A stretch of 64,000 bases of DNA from Limosilactobacillus gorillae. GTDB lineage: Bacteria > Pseudomonadota > Alphaproteobacteria > CAAGCB01 > CAG-977. Below, piece after piece: positions 10,195 to 20,327 of the stretch (positions are counted from its first letter, which is position 1; every line of letters starts with the position of its first letter). The notes below the pieces were generated by a model, which worked only from the letters and a program-made list of their open reading frames with translations, had not been told where the DNA came from and did no database searches. The stretch is taken from NCBI GenBank assembly GCA_963604715.1, contig CAVCSV010000008.1, positions 2,529 to 66,528 on the forward strand, read 5' to 3'. The position numbers were made by a program, and so were the translations under genes.

Positions 10195-12054
10195 ATGTTT
10201 GATGTAATCGTTGTGGGCGGCGGTCACGCCGGTTGTGAAGCGGCTGCCGCCGCGGCGCGCATGGGCGCAAATACGCTGCTGTTGACGCACAGAATTGAAA
10301 CAATCGGCGAAATGTCGTGTAATCCCGCCATCGGCGGATTGGGCAAAGGGCATTTGGTTCGCGAAATCGATGCTTTGGACGGCTTAATCGGGCGCGTTGC
10401 GGACAAGGCGGGTATTCAGTTCCGCATGCTCAACAGCTCGAAAGGTCCCGCCGTGCAGGGATTGCGCACACAGGCGGACAGAAAGCTTTACAGACAAGCC
10501 ATGCAGGACGAACTGCTGCACAACACGCCGAATTTGACGGTGGAAGCGGGCGCGGTCGAACATTTGCTTTATAAAGACGAAAACGGGCGGAAAATTGTTT
10601 TCGGAATCGAAACGAAGGACGGCAAACAGTATACGGCGAAAGCCGTTGTTTTGACGGCGGGAACGTTTTTGCACGGGTTGATGCATGTCGGCGACAAAAA
10701 AACTGTCGGCGGACGCGTCGGAGATATTTCATGCGAAAATCTGACGGATTCCCTGATAAAATTGGGATTACGCGTCGGGCGGCTGAAGACGGGAACACCC
10801 GCGCGGCTGGACGGAACGACGATTGATTATTCCAAAACGCAAAAACAGCTGGGCGACGAAAACCCCGAACCGTTTTCGTTTATGGATACGGCAATCGACG
10901 TGCCGCAAATTGCTTGTTACGTTACCGCAACAAACAAGGAAACACACCAAATCATCCGTGACAACATGTATCGCGCTCCGTTGTTTTCGGGGCAGATTAA
11001 AGGTATCGGTCCGCGCTATTGTCCCAGTATCGAAGACAAGCTGGTCAAATTCGCGGACAGGGATTCTCATCACGTCTTTTTGGAACCCGAAGGGCTGGAC
11101 GACGATACGGTTTATCCGAACGGCATTTCGACTTCTTTGCCCGAGGACGTGCAGGATGCGATGATTCACAGTATTGCGGGGCTGGAAAACGTGCGCATTA
11201 TCCGCCCCGGCTATGCGATTGAATACGATTATATCGACCCGCTGGAAATGCGCCGCACGCTGGAAACCAAAAAAGTGTCGGGATTGTTTGTCGCGGGACA
11301 GCTAAACGGCACGACGGGATACGAGGAAGCGGCGGCTTTGGGGCTGGTTGCGGGCGTCAACGCCGCGCTGAAAGCGTCGGGAAGCGGCAAAGAGTTCATT
11401 TTGGACAGGGCGGACGCTTATATCGGTGTGATGATTGACGATTTGACGACCAAAGGTGTTGACGAACCGTACCGTATGTTTACGTCGCGCGCCGAATACC
11501 GTTTGTTGCTGCGTTCGGACAATGCGGATTTGCGTTTGACGCAAAAAGGCATCGACATCGGCTGTGTCGGCGAAAAACGGCAAAAACTGTTTAGTGAAAA
11601 GCTTGCCGCTTTGCAAGAAGCCCGTGAAAAACTGGAAAAAATCGGCGGCACGCCGCGCGAATTGGAATTGTTGGGCTTTGCGGTCAACAAAGACGGCGCG
11701 CACCGCAGCGGCATGGATTTGCTGGCGTACGGGGAAATCGACTGGGACAAGCTTGCCGCCGTGTGGACGGAACTGCAAGGCACACGCCGCGATGTTGTGG
11801 AACAGCTGGAAATCGAAGCCAAATACAAAGGCTATTTGCAGCGGCAGGAAGCCGACATTCGCGCTTTCCGCAAAGACGAAGCGCTGAAAATCCCCATGGA
11901 TTTGGATTACAAAAAAATCGGCGGGCTGTCGAACGAAGTGATTATCAAACTGTCAAAAGTCCGCCCCGAAACCATCGGCGCGGCTTCGCGCGTGTCGGGC
12001 ATTACCCCCGCCGCGATTACGGCGATTTTGGGATATATAAAATCGGCTAAATAA
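10195..12054 (+). CDS. mnmG: tRNA uridine 5-carboxymethylaminomethyl modification enzyme MnmG (GidA)
   Basis: FAD-binding N-terminus ([17 protein letters not shown]) and full-length GidA similarity. Confidence 0.95.
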   Translation: MFDVIVVGGGHAGCEAAAAAARMGANTLLLTHRIETIGEMSCNPAIGGLGKGHLVREIDALDGLIGRVADKAGIQFRMLNSSKGPAVQGLRTQADRKLYRQAMQDELLHNTPNLTVEAGAVEHLLYKDENGRKIVFGIETKDGKQYTAKAVVLTAGTFLHGLMHVGDKKTVGGRVGDISCENLTDSLIKLGLRVGRLKTGTPARLDGTTIDYSKTQKQLGDENPEPFSFMDTAIDVPQIACYVTATNKETHQIIRDNMYRAPLFSGQIKGIGPRYCPSIEDKLVKFADRDSHHVFLEPEGLDDDTVYPNGISTSLPEDVQDAMIHSIAGLENVRIIRPGYAIEYDYIDPLEMRRTLETKKVSGLFVAGQLNGTTGYEEAAALGLVAGVNAALKASGSGKEFILDRADAYIGVMIDDLTTKGVDEPYRMFTSRAEYRLLLRSDNADLRLTQKGIDIGCVGEKRQKLFSEKLAALQEAREKLEKIGGTPRELELLGFAVNKDGAHRSGMDLLAYGEIDWDKLAAVWTELQGTRRDVVEQLEIEAKYKGYLQRQEADIRAFRKDEALKIPMDLDYKKIGGLSNEVIIKLSKVRPETIGAASRVSGITPAAITAILGYIKSAK

Positions 12055-12060
12055 CGAAAA

Positions 12061-13305
12061 TCAGCGATGCGTAAAATGTTTGATATGCGCGTTGATGAAA
12101 TTTTCAAGCCACTTCAAATCGTCTTTGGGCAAACCGCGTCCGATATGCGTGGTTTGTCCGTCCGCGCCGATAACCAAAGAATATTTAAAGTCGTAACTGT
12201 TGTGCACGACATGTAAAGATTCCAGTTTATCCATCGGAATCAAAAAACCGAATGACGGAATTCCCAGCCATTTGGATTTGATGCGGATTCCGTTTTTTGA
12301 AACGACAATTCTTTTTTTGCGGAAAAACAGGGCAAGGGGAATCAAGACAAACAAAACGACCGCCGCAAACAGCAAAGGAATGTACGGCAAGGGCGCATGC
12401 TGTCCGACCGTGCGTACGAAACCGAAAAACGCCGTTGCGAAAAACGCGCACAGACACAGCAAAGCGGATGTTTTCGAAAAAGCGCTGTCGCGGACTAACG
12501 GATCAATTTGGCAGGAATCGGCTTCTTCGACGATATTGAAAGAATGCGGGACCTTGTACAAATCCTTTTCATTGACTTTGATTTTTCCTTCGCGAATCAG
12601 CTGATGTAGCGGTTTTTGAATGTCTTCGGGGGCGATTTCGATAATGCCGTCCGCCGTGTTGAAAATGGCGGGCATTTGCATTTGGCGCGTTAATTCCTCC
12701 CATTTTTTGGAAACGCCGTCGCCGTTGTTCGAAATGTACAGGGGAATGGTTTTTGTTTCGTTGGGATGCTGCAAATCGATGATGTGCTGTGTAAACGACG
12801 TCAATCCCAAAACGTTGACGATGCGGGAACGGTAGCGCACGCCGATATAGCCGTCCAGAGAATCCGCCTGCCTTTGACCTGTTTCAAAAGGCTTTTGAAT
12901 GACAACGGCGGCGAATTTGTGCCCGATGAAAAAATCGCGTCCGTAAAACATCAGCAAAGTGCGCGTCACAATGATGAACAGCCCCAGACCGACAAACAGC
13001 CACGAAGCCGAAAAAGCCGTTTTCAGCGAAATCGACGCGTCCGTGTCGGGAATGTTCAGAAACGAAGACGGCGAATTGAAATTGACCAGCAGTCCCATGC
13101 CGATCATCAGCAGACCGAACGCAATGCCCAGCCAGACGCGTTGGGGCGAAATTCTGTCGCGCGCCTGCGTCGGGCGGTGCGACAAATCGAAATCCAAGTA
13201 TGATGTCAAGGGGCGCAGACGGCGCTTTTCAACCTTTTCGTTGCTTAAAGAAAGTCCTTCGATTTCATCCAGATCTTTGACGGGAGAGTTGTCTTCCTGA
13301 ATCAT
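12061..13305 (-). CDS. Hypothetical membrane protein, about 414 aa, with two pairs of TM helices
   Basis: The start MIQEDN is preceded by aagggg. TM pairs are predicted near residues 50-110 and 300-345. No family was recognised. Confidence 0.5.
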   Translation of the reverse strand: MIQEDNSPVKDLDEIEGLSLSNEKVEKRRLRPLTSYLDFDLSHRPTQARDRISPQRVWLGIAFGLLMIGMGLLVNFNSPSSFLNIPDTDASISLKTAFSASWLFVGLGLFIIVTRTLLMFYGRDFFIGHKFAAVVIQKPFETGQRQADSLDGYIGVRYRSRIVNVLGLTSFTQHIIDLQHPNETKTIPLYISNNGDGVSKKWEELTRQMQMPAIFNTADGIIEIAPEDIQKPLHQLIREGKIKVNEKDLYKVPHSFNIVEEADSCQIDPLVRDSAFSKTSALLCLCAFFATAFFGFVRTVGQHAPLPYIPLLFAAVVLFVLIPLALFFRKKRIVVSKNGIRIKSKWLGIPSFGFLIPMDKLESLHVVHNSYDFKYSLVIGADGQTTHIGRGLPKDDLKWLENFINAHIKHFTHR

Positions 13306-13425
13306 TTCGACCCCTTGAAAGTATGTTTTTTTTCTATTTATGACAAATTCGGCTTTGCTCTGCAAGGGCATTATACTATAACATAGAGGATAAAAGAATA
13401 TTTTTGTGCGGATAAAAGGAAAACG

Positions 13426-15735
13426 ATGGTAGCAACCTCAGGCTTAATCCCGATGCTGTTTGCTTTGGCGGGCGTAATGGTGACGCTGCGCTATTTGAAA
13501 GGCGTGTCCGATTCCGTCGCGGCGATTCGCTATCTGTTTTTCGGGGTTTTGTTTGTTTTCCTGTCCAAACTGCTGATGTTCGGCGTCGGTTTTTTGGGTG
13601 AAACGTACTATTACTTTGCCGCTTTGTCCTGCCGTTTGACGGCCGCCGTTTTGATTGCCGCCGCCGCTTGCGGCATTAAAGGAATGAAGCTTAATTTAAC
13701 GGCGGTTATTTTGATTTTGATGCTTGCCGTCGGGTGGAGCTGGTATGTCGTCGTTTTGACGGGAGACGGTTCGGCGATGCAGCTGTCTTTGGCGGCGTCG
13801 ACGCTGGGGTACGCGGCTTTGGCGGCGGCTTTGTGGCGGCGCAAAGGTCTGCGCAACGCGCTGGGATTTGTGGTAACGGGCTGGGTGTGCATCTTTTTGG
13901 TCGTATACAACATCATCGGGTTGATGTCGTGGGGACAAAGTCTGCTTTCGCCTGTTTTCGAAACGTTTCTGTATATTGCGCTGATGTGCGGGCTGCTGCT
14001 GATTTCCAACAACATCATGGCGCATCAATTTGACGCTTTGGTCAAAGAAATCAAGGAAAACAAGGAACGTCTGCGCTTGATGGTGCAGTTGTCGCCGTTC
14101 CCGATTATCATTTCGCGTTTGAAGGGCGACCAGCTGATTTTGATGAATGAAAGCGCCGCGAAGCTGTTTCGGCTGGACAAGAAAAACATTGCGGGCTTCA
14201 AGATGGTCGATTATTTCGCCGAACCGTCAAAGCGAACCGAACTGCTGGCAAAGCTTGAAAAGCATCCCGTTGTCGACGATTTCGAATTTATGGTCAAGCC
14301 GCGGCAGGGCGAACCGTTCTGGCTGCTGCTGAGCGCGCGCGTGTTCGATTACGAATACGATGTTGCGCTGTATATGGCTTTCCAAGACATTACGGACCGC
14401 AAGAAAAAAGAACTGCAGCTGTTCGATCAGGCGACCCGCGACCCGCTGACAAAATGCTACAACCGCCGCCAGTTCGAAGAATTGGCAAAGAAAGAGGTTC
14501 AGCGTTCCCGCCGCTACAACCATCCGTTCTGTCTGTTTATGATTGACGCGGACCACTTCAAAAACGTCAACGACACGCACGGTCACGCCGTCGGGGATTT
14601 GGTTTTGCAGGCTTTGGCGGACTGTTGCCGCAGAACTTTGCGCGAATCCGACATTGTCGCGCGTTTCGGCGGTGAGGAATTTGTCATTCTGTTGCCCGAA
14701 GCGTCGATTGAAAACGCGCATCGCGTCGCCGAACGGCTTCGCATCAAAATTTCCAAGCTGGTTGTGAAAAACGAACAAAACGAAGACGTTCAATTTACGG
14801 TCAGCATCGGGCTGGTGTCGTCGACGGTGACGGACAACATCGCCGAAATGCTGAAAATGTCCGACGAAGCGCTGTACGAAGCCAAAGAACACGGCAGAAA
14901 CCAAGTCGTTGTGTTCGGTGCGAACGGACCCGACCGCTCCATTCCCGTTCCCGACGGCGAAGACATCGAAAAGGTCAAAAACGAACCGCTGTATTACTTT
15001 ACGCCGGCAAACGCGCCCGTCATCCGCAATCAGGAAGAAGAACCGCAGGAAACGGGCGTTGTCGGGTTGGACGGCACGGCTGTTTCCCAAAAATACGAAG
15101 AATTGGACCATGACGAGGATAAAGTGGGGCATGAGGGTGTTTCGCTGAATTCGCTGTATGAAGACGATTCTTCCGATGAAACGTTTACTCCCGCCGTTTT
15201 GGCGGAACAAACGGACGAAGAACCTGCTTACGACGTCGGAATTCCTGCCGTCGAAGACAATGAAACCGTTGATTTCCCCGCGGTCGAACCGCCCGAAGCG
15301 GATTATGAAATTCCGGTTCCGGAAACGGAAGCCGAAGCGGCCGAACCCGACGAAAACGAATTCGTCCCTCCGCCCGAACCGGAGTTGCCTGCGGAGGAGG
15401 AGCCCGAACCGTCAATGAGCGATGACGACATTGACGCTTTGTTGCGTGACGCTCTGCCTGCGGACGAAGCCGAGCCGCCGCCCGTTTTATCGGCGGCCGA
15501 ACCCGAAGCGCTTGAGGAAACGCCTTTATCGGTTGACGAAGAAGCGGCTGAAATTTCCGTTCCCGCCGTTCCCGTTTCTCAGCCCGTTCCCGTCCGTAAG
15601 GCGGTGATGATAAAGAAAATTCCCGTCAAAATTCCCGCGGGAATGGTAAAAGTTCCGAAAATGCCGGGGGTTGTCCGCGTCAAGATTCCCAAAGCGCTGC
15701 ATCAGGCGCCGATTCCCCCGAAACCGCAGGAATAA
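13426..15735 (+). CDS. Membrane-anchored PAS–GGDEF diguanylate cyclase with a roughly 270 aa acidic, proline-rich C-terminal tail
   Basis: Six N-terminal TM helices, a PAS domain, and an active GGEEF motif with an upstream RESD I-site (RESDIVARFGGEEF). The tail is E/D/P/A-rich and ends in a basic KIPxK repeat. Confidence 0.85.
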   Translation: MVATSGLIPMLFALAGVMVTLRYLKGVSDSVAAIRYLFFGVLFVFLSKLLMFGVGFLGETYYYFAALSCRLTAAVLIAAAACGIKGMKLNLTAVILILMLAVGWSWYVVVLTGDGSAMQLSLAASTLGYAALAAALWRRKGLRNALGFVVTGWVCIFLVVYNIIGLMSWGQSLLSPVFETFLYIALMCGLLLISNNIMAHQFDALVKEIKENKERLRLMVQLSPFPIIISRLKGDQLILMNESAAKLFRLDKKNIAGFKMVDYFAEPSKRTELLAKLEKHPVVDDFEFMVKPRQGEPFWLLLSARVFDYEYDVALYMAFQDITDRKKKELQLFDQATRDPLTKCYNRRQFEELAKKEVQRSRRYNHPFCLFMIDADHFKNVNDTHGHAVGDLVLQALADCCRRTLRESDIVARFGGEEFVILLPEASIENAHRVAERLRIKISKLVVKNEQNEDVQFTVSIGLVSSTVTDNIAEMLKMSDEALYEAKEHGRNQVVVFGANGPDRSIPVPDGEDIEKVKNEPLYYFTPANAPVIRNQEEEPQETGVVGLDGTAVSQKYEELDHDEDKVGHEGVSLNSLYEDDSSDETFTPAVLAEQTDEEPAYDVGIPAVEDNETVDFPAVEPPEADYEIPVPETEAEAAEPDENEFVPPPEPELPAEEEPEPSMSDDDIDALLRDALPADEAEPPPVLSAAEPEALEETPLSVDEEAAEISVPAVPVSQPVPVRKAVMIKKIPVKIPAGMVKVPKMPGVVRVKIPKALHQAPIPPKPQE

Positions 15736-15757
15736 AGCAAAAGCGGACGCTCTTTGT

Positions 15758-15786
15758 TTGACCGACGGGTTTTTAAGCGTTATACT
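15758..15786 (+). promoter_or_regulatory. Putative sigma70 promoter for the GGDEF-EAL gene
   Basis: TTGACC-N17-TATACT lies about 30 nt upstream of the ATG at 15817, and an SD (aaggggga) is present. Confidence 0.35.
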
Positions 15787-15816
15787 GATTGCGTTCAGTT
15801 TTATCAAGGGGGACGC

Positions 15817-17859
15817 ATGTCCGGTTCAACGTCTGTTTTTTCATACAAAGACGCGCTTTTGCAGTCTAAGGTCATTCCTTTTACGCGGACAAAATCCGCA
15901 GACGGTGTTTTTTCCTATTTTTTGCCCAAATCCGACGGACGGGATGCGTTGGGATTGTGCGAAAACCCGCATGCAGACGCCGACGGCTGTCCGGACGCCA
16001 TTCATTGGAGCGACAAGGAAGCGCTTGTGGAAGCTTTGCATGAATCCGAAACGGGTGAAACCCCTTGTGCCGAAGATTTCCGCATTATTCTGCCGACGGG
16101 GGAAACAAAATGGCTTTACGGGGTTTCCACGCCGAAAAAACGCAAAAACGGCAGTGTTGTTTGGATGAATGTTTCCGCCGAACGTCAAAACGGACATTTC
16201 AGCGAACAGGTTTTGACCGCTTTGCCCGAAGCCGCCGTTATTTTCGACCGTCAAGGCGTCATTTTGAAATCGTCCGACAAATTCCGTTCTTTGGTCCACA
16301 AAGAAGAAACGGATTTGTGCAAAACGTCCGTTTTTGCCGCTTTGTCCGAAAACGTCGCCGAAACATTACGACAGTATTTGCTGCTTTCAACCCTCAAAGA
16401 CAAGACGGTCTTTTACGAAACATTGACTGTTTCGGGGTATCCGCCCGTTGCCGTTGAAATCGAAATCGCGCAAAAAGACAGCTTTTTCATTTGTGTTTTC
16501 CGCGACATCGCCGCTTTTGAACGGCGCGAGGAGCGGCTGAAATATCTGGCGTATCACGATACGGAATCGGGCGTTGAAAACTATGCGTATCTGAAAGAGG
16601 TTTTCCCCAAGGTCGTCGATCAAGCCAAAGTAACGCAAACGCAGATTGCTGTGTTGTCGATTTCTCCCGACAGTCTGGGACAGATAAACGCGGTTTCCGC
16701 CCATTTGGTCAATACCCGTCTGGTGGCGGCTGCCGCGGACAGAATACGGCAATGTTTGAACGATTCCGATGTTTTGGCGCTGACCCGTTCCCACCACTTT
16801 ACGGTTTTGCTGACGGGAATAGAATTTTCGATAGAAATCGAAAAGAAAGTCGAAGCGATTTTAAACGCTTTCAAAGAACCCGTTTTGATTGACGACGTCG
16901 AATTCGATTTTTCCGTCAGTATCGGCGTCTGCTTTTATCCGCAAAACGGCGACAGACTGGAACAGCTGATTGAATTCGCCGATTTGGCGCTGGACAAAGC
17001 GCGGTCGGAATCTCAGTCGTCCATGCGGCTGTACAGCAGCGATTTTTCAATGGCGGCGGCGGTCAACCGCAATATGCGCAGGAATTTGAAAGCGGCAATC
17101 GAAAACGGGGAAATCACCGCCTATTACCAGCCGCAAGTCGCCATTCAAACGGGACAAATCATCGGGTTGGAAGCGCTGGCGCGGTGGAAAACGCCCGACG
17201 GACTGATTCCGCCCGCGGATTTTATCGCCGAAGCCGAAGAATACGGTTTGATAGACGCGCTGACGGAAACGGTTTTGGATCAGGCGTGCAGCTGGAATCA
17301 GAAATGGTATTCCATGGGGCTGTGCAGCGTGCCCGTCGCCGTCAACATTTCGGCGCGTCAATTCCATAACGAAACACAGCTGCTGAAGCTGGTGGACAAC
17401 GCTTTGGACAAGAACGGCTTGCCGCCGTATCTGCTGGAACTGGAACTGACCGAAAGTTCGGCGATGTATGACCCGAAAAACGCGCGCCGCATTATTCAAA
17501 ACCTGTTGGACAACAACATCCGTTGCGCTTTGGACGATTTCGGAACGGGGTATTCCTCCTTAAGCGTTCTGCGCAGTTTTCCGCTGAAAAAACTGAAAAT
17601 CGACCGTTCGTTCATTCTGGATTTGAAAGAAAAGAAAAATCTGGAAATCGTGCGCGCGACGATTGCCATGGCGCATGCGCTGAATCTGACCGTTTTGGCG
17701 GAAGGCGTCGAAACCCGTCAGCACTTTGAAATCCTGAAATCGCTGGACTGTGACGTTATTCAGGGCTACCTGTTCGCCCAGCCTTTGTCGGCGGAGGAAA
17801 CGGAACTGCTGCTGATGCGCTGGGACGCGGGCTTGGCGGCGACGGGCAGGGGGCTGTAA
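15817..17859 (+). CDS. PAS – degenerate GGDEF – EAL protein; likely a c-di-GMP phosphodiesterase
   Basis: The EAL motifs are intact (EALAR, ELTES, DDFGTGYSSL, KIDRSF, EGVET, QGY). The GGDEF-like domain has SHHFT in place of GG[DE]EF. Confidence 0.85.
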   Translation: MSGSTSVFSYKDALLQSKVIPFTRTKSADGVFSYFLPKSDGRDALGLCENPHADADGCPDAIHWSDKEALVEALHESETGETPCAEDFRIILPTGETKWLYGVSTPKKRKNGSVVWMNVSAERQNGHFSEQVLTALPEAAVIFDRQGVILKSSDKFRSLVHKEETDLCKTSVFAALSENVAETLRQYLLLSTLKDKTVFYETLTVSGYPPVAVEIEIAQKDSFFICVFRDIAAFERREERLKYLAYHDTESGVENYAYLKEVFPKVVDQAKVTQTQIAVLSISPDSLGQINAVSAHLVNTRLVAAAADRIRQCLNDSDVLALTRSHHFTVLLTGIEFSIEIEKKVEAILNAFKEPVLIDDVEFDFSVSIGVCFYPQNGDRLEQLIEFADLALDKARSESQSSMRLYSSDFSMAAAVNRNMRRNLKAAIENGEITAYYQPQVAIQTGQIIGLEALARWKTPDGLIPPADFIAEAEEYGLIDALTETVLDQACSWNQKWYSMGLCSVPVAVNISARQFHNETQLLKLVDNALDKNGLPPYLLELELTESSAMYDPKNARRIIQNLLDNNIRCALDDFGTGYSSLSVLRSFPLKKLKIDRSFILDLKEKKNLEIVRATIAMAHALNLTVLAEGVETRQHFEILKSLDCDVIQGYLFAQPLSAEETELLLMRWDAGLAATGRGL

Positions 17860-17862
17860 ACT

Positions 17863-19671
17863 TTGTTCAAGTATGCATTTTTGCTGTTGCTGGCGGCGTG
17901 TTCCGCGCCGATTTATTCGGAAACAGCGCCGTCATGGGTCAATTCTTTGCGCGGCGGCAACAGCACGTTGAAAATGACCAGCGGCGACAAGGTGCTGTTC
18001 CGTTCCAATTTCAAAAGCGCGAAAATCACGGACAGGGAAGACGCTTGCGATGCCGCTTTGAAAAAGAACGAAGAGTTCATTCGCAAAACCTACCCCCGTT
18101 CGGCTGTGATACCGATGACGGTGGAATTGCGCTATTTCGATACGGTTGTCAAAGACTGCTCGACAACCGTCAGCGTGCCGCGTTCGTTTAAAGACGGTGA
18201 CGAAACCGCCAAAAAAACGGTCGGCGCGCAAGGCGGCAATACGGGGATTTTGAATTTGACGACGGCGCCGACGGATTCCGCCAATGTTTTGATTGACGAA
18301 ATGCCGTTTTCCCAAGCCAATTCGAATATCAAAATCGCGTTGAACGCGGGAACGCACACTTTGCGCATTGACCACCCGAATTATGAAGCGTTCGAACAAA
18401 AAATCAAAATCACGCCGCAAAGCGAATTGCCCGTTTCCGTCAAGCTGATTCCTTCCAAAATCAAAATCGCCGTCAACGTTTTAAACGACATTCAGCCCGA
18501 TGTCTGGCTGAACGATGTGAAGCAAGGCAAAACGCCCGTTTCGCTGACGGCGGAAATCAATCAGGACAACACGATTACCTTGCGGCATCCCGAATTTTTG
18601 GAATATACGATTGCGCTGAAAGCCGCCGATATGCGCCGCGGCGACGATGTGAACCTGACCAACGTCGTAATGACCGAAAAGCCCGCGTATGTCGCTTTTA
18701 CAACAGATCCTTCGGGCGCCGAAATTTTTGTCGACGGCAAAAACATCGGAAAAACACCGATTAAAAAGTATGTTGTTTCACGTGGAACACACCGATTTGA
18801 AACATATAAAAACGGCTGGCTGGCAAGCGGCGGAGAAATCGTTGCCGCAGGCGGAAAAACAACGGCGAAGCACATTCGGCTGACCAAAGACGCGGATTCC
18901 CGCTTCGTCGTTTTGGAAACCAAAAGCGAAACGAAACCCGCCGTTGTTGTGCAAAAACAAACCGCCGACATTGTGGCGCGCGACAAATATCATACGTATT
19001 CTTTTGAAGCGTTGCCCGCGACTTTGCCCGTCATTCCGCAGGCGGCGACGCGTGAGGACATTTTGGCGGCTTTGGCGAAATGGGATTATCCCGAAAACTT
19101 TTTGAAAGGCAGCGTGTCCTACAATCCGAACGGCACGTTTTTCGTTCGTTTGTTTTTCGACGCGAATGCGTACAAAACGTTGTTTTACGATAAAATCCAC
19201 GCCGTTTTGAAACGGATTCCGAAAGATTCCGCCGTCTGCAAAATCGAACACAAGCGCGAATGGACGGGAAAATACGATGCGAACAAATACAAGGTTTACA
19301 CGGAAACCGTTACCGACAACTGCAATCACGGAATAGCGGTCGCCAAAACGCCCGACGGCAAAAAGCTGAAAAAGTACGGCATTTCGTATTTGAAGACTTT
19401 GAAAATCAAATCAAAAGCCGTCAGCCGCACGGCGGTTTTAAAGGTCGTCTATGCGGACGGCGGCGTCAAAACGGTTAAATTCCCGATTGTTTTGGGAAAA
19501 GTCAAAACGGACGGCGGATTGACCTTTTCTCCGTCAATCAAAGTCGGCGTTTGCCCGAATTGCAAGGTTGAAACATTGGTACAGAAAAACAATTCCATGG
19601 TTGTCGGAACCGTTCTTGATGCCCGAAACGTTCGGTCCGTGACGCTTTCAATCGAAAGGGATATGCGATGA
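17863..19671 (+). CDS. Lipoprotein with three PEGA domains (602 aa)
   Basis: The signal peptide carries the lipobox LLAAC. PEGA-like motifs include LIDEMPF…GTHTLRIDHPNYE, VWLNDVKQGKTPV and EIFVDGKNIGKTPIKKY…GTHRFETYKNGW. Confidence 0.7.
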   Translation: MFKYAFLLLLAACSAPIYSETAPSWVNSLRGGNSTLKMTSGDKVLFRSNFKSAKITDREDACDAALKKNEEFIRKTYPRSAVIPMTVELRYFDTVVKDCSTTVSVPRSFKDGDETAKKTVGAQGGNTGILNLTTAPTDSANVLIDEMPFSQANSNIKIALNAGTHTLRIDHPNYEAFEQKIKITPQSELPVSVKLIPSKIKIAVNVLNDIQPDVWLNDVKQGKTPVSLTAEINQDNTITLRHPEFLEYTIALKAADMRRGDDVNLTNVVMTEKPAYVAFTTDPSGAEIFVDGKNIGKTPIKKYVVSRGTHRFETYKNGWLASGGEIVAAGGKTTAKHIRLTKDADSRFVVLETKSETKPAVVVQKQTADIVARDKYHTYSFEALPATLPVIPQAATREDILAALAKWDYPENFLKGSVSYNPNGTFFVRLFFDANAYKTLFYDKIHAVLKRIPKDSAVCKIEHKREWTGKYDANKYKVYTETVTDNCNHGIAVAKTPDGKKLKKYGISYLKTLKIKSKAVSRTAVLKVVYADGGVKTVKFPIVLGKVKTDGGLTFSPSIKVGVCPNCKVETLVQKNNSMVVGTVLDARNVRSVTLSIERDMR

Positions 19672-20327
19672 AAAAGCTTTTTGCGGTCTTGTCTTTGTTT
19701 TTGCTGAATGCCTGCGCCGCGCCCGAACATCATACGTTATTCATCGATTCTAACGTTTCCGCCGATGTGTATACGGGCGATGTCAAAATCGGGACGACGC
19801 CGTTTTGGGGTGAAATGTCGGGCAACGACGTTATGCATCTGACACTGCGCAAGCAAGGCTACAAAACAGCGGAAATCAAAGCGGGATACGGTGTGAAAGA
19901 CGGCTATTCCCGCGGCGGCGTTTTTGCGTCGACCAATACGCTTTCATCCGACTGCGATACCAAAACGATGGCTTACGGCGACAAAGAACCGCAAGGCGTT
20001 TGTCAAGTCACGACGTTTTATGCCGTCGCTTCCATGATTTACGGGCTGGGGCTGTCGATTTCGGCGACGGATACTTTTTACCCCAATCCCGTTTTGTTTG
20101 AATTCGACGACAACGAATTTTATGTTGAAATGGTTCCCGAAAACAAAGAAAAATTCACGCAAAACGATTTGGAAAACCTGCGGTTCAAGGCTTTTGTTTT
20201 AAAAAATTTCCCGTCGCTGCAGGCGCAAAAGCCCGAATATGTCGCGGCGTTGAAAAAGCTTGCCCCGACGGCGGCATCGCCCGCCGATTACCGCGCCGCG
20301 ACGGATTATCTGCGGGCGGCTGAATGA
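19668..20327 (+). CDS. Lipoprotein with an N-terminal PEGA-like domain (219 aa)
   Basis: Lipobox LLNAC and the motif DVYTGDVKIGTTPF. It overlaps the upstream gene by ATGA. Confidence 0.65.
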   Translation: MKKLFAVLSLFLLNACAAPEHHTLFIDSNVSADVYTGDVKIGTTPFWGEMSGNDVMHLTLRKQGYKTAEIKAGYGVKDGYSRGGVFASTNTLSSDCDTKTMAYGDKEPQGVCQVTTFYAVASMIYGLGLSISATDTFYPNPVLFEFDDNEFYVEMVPENKEKFTQNDLENLRFKAFVLKNFPSLQAQKPEYVAALKKLAPTAASPADYRAATDYLRAAE

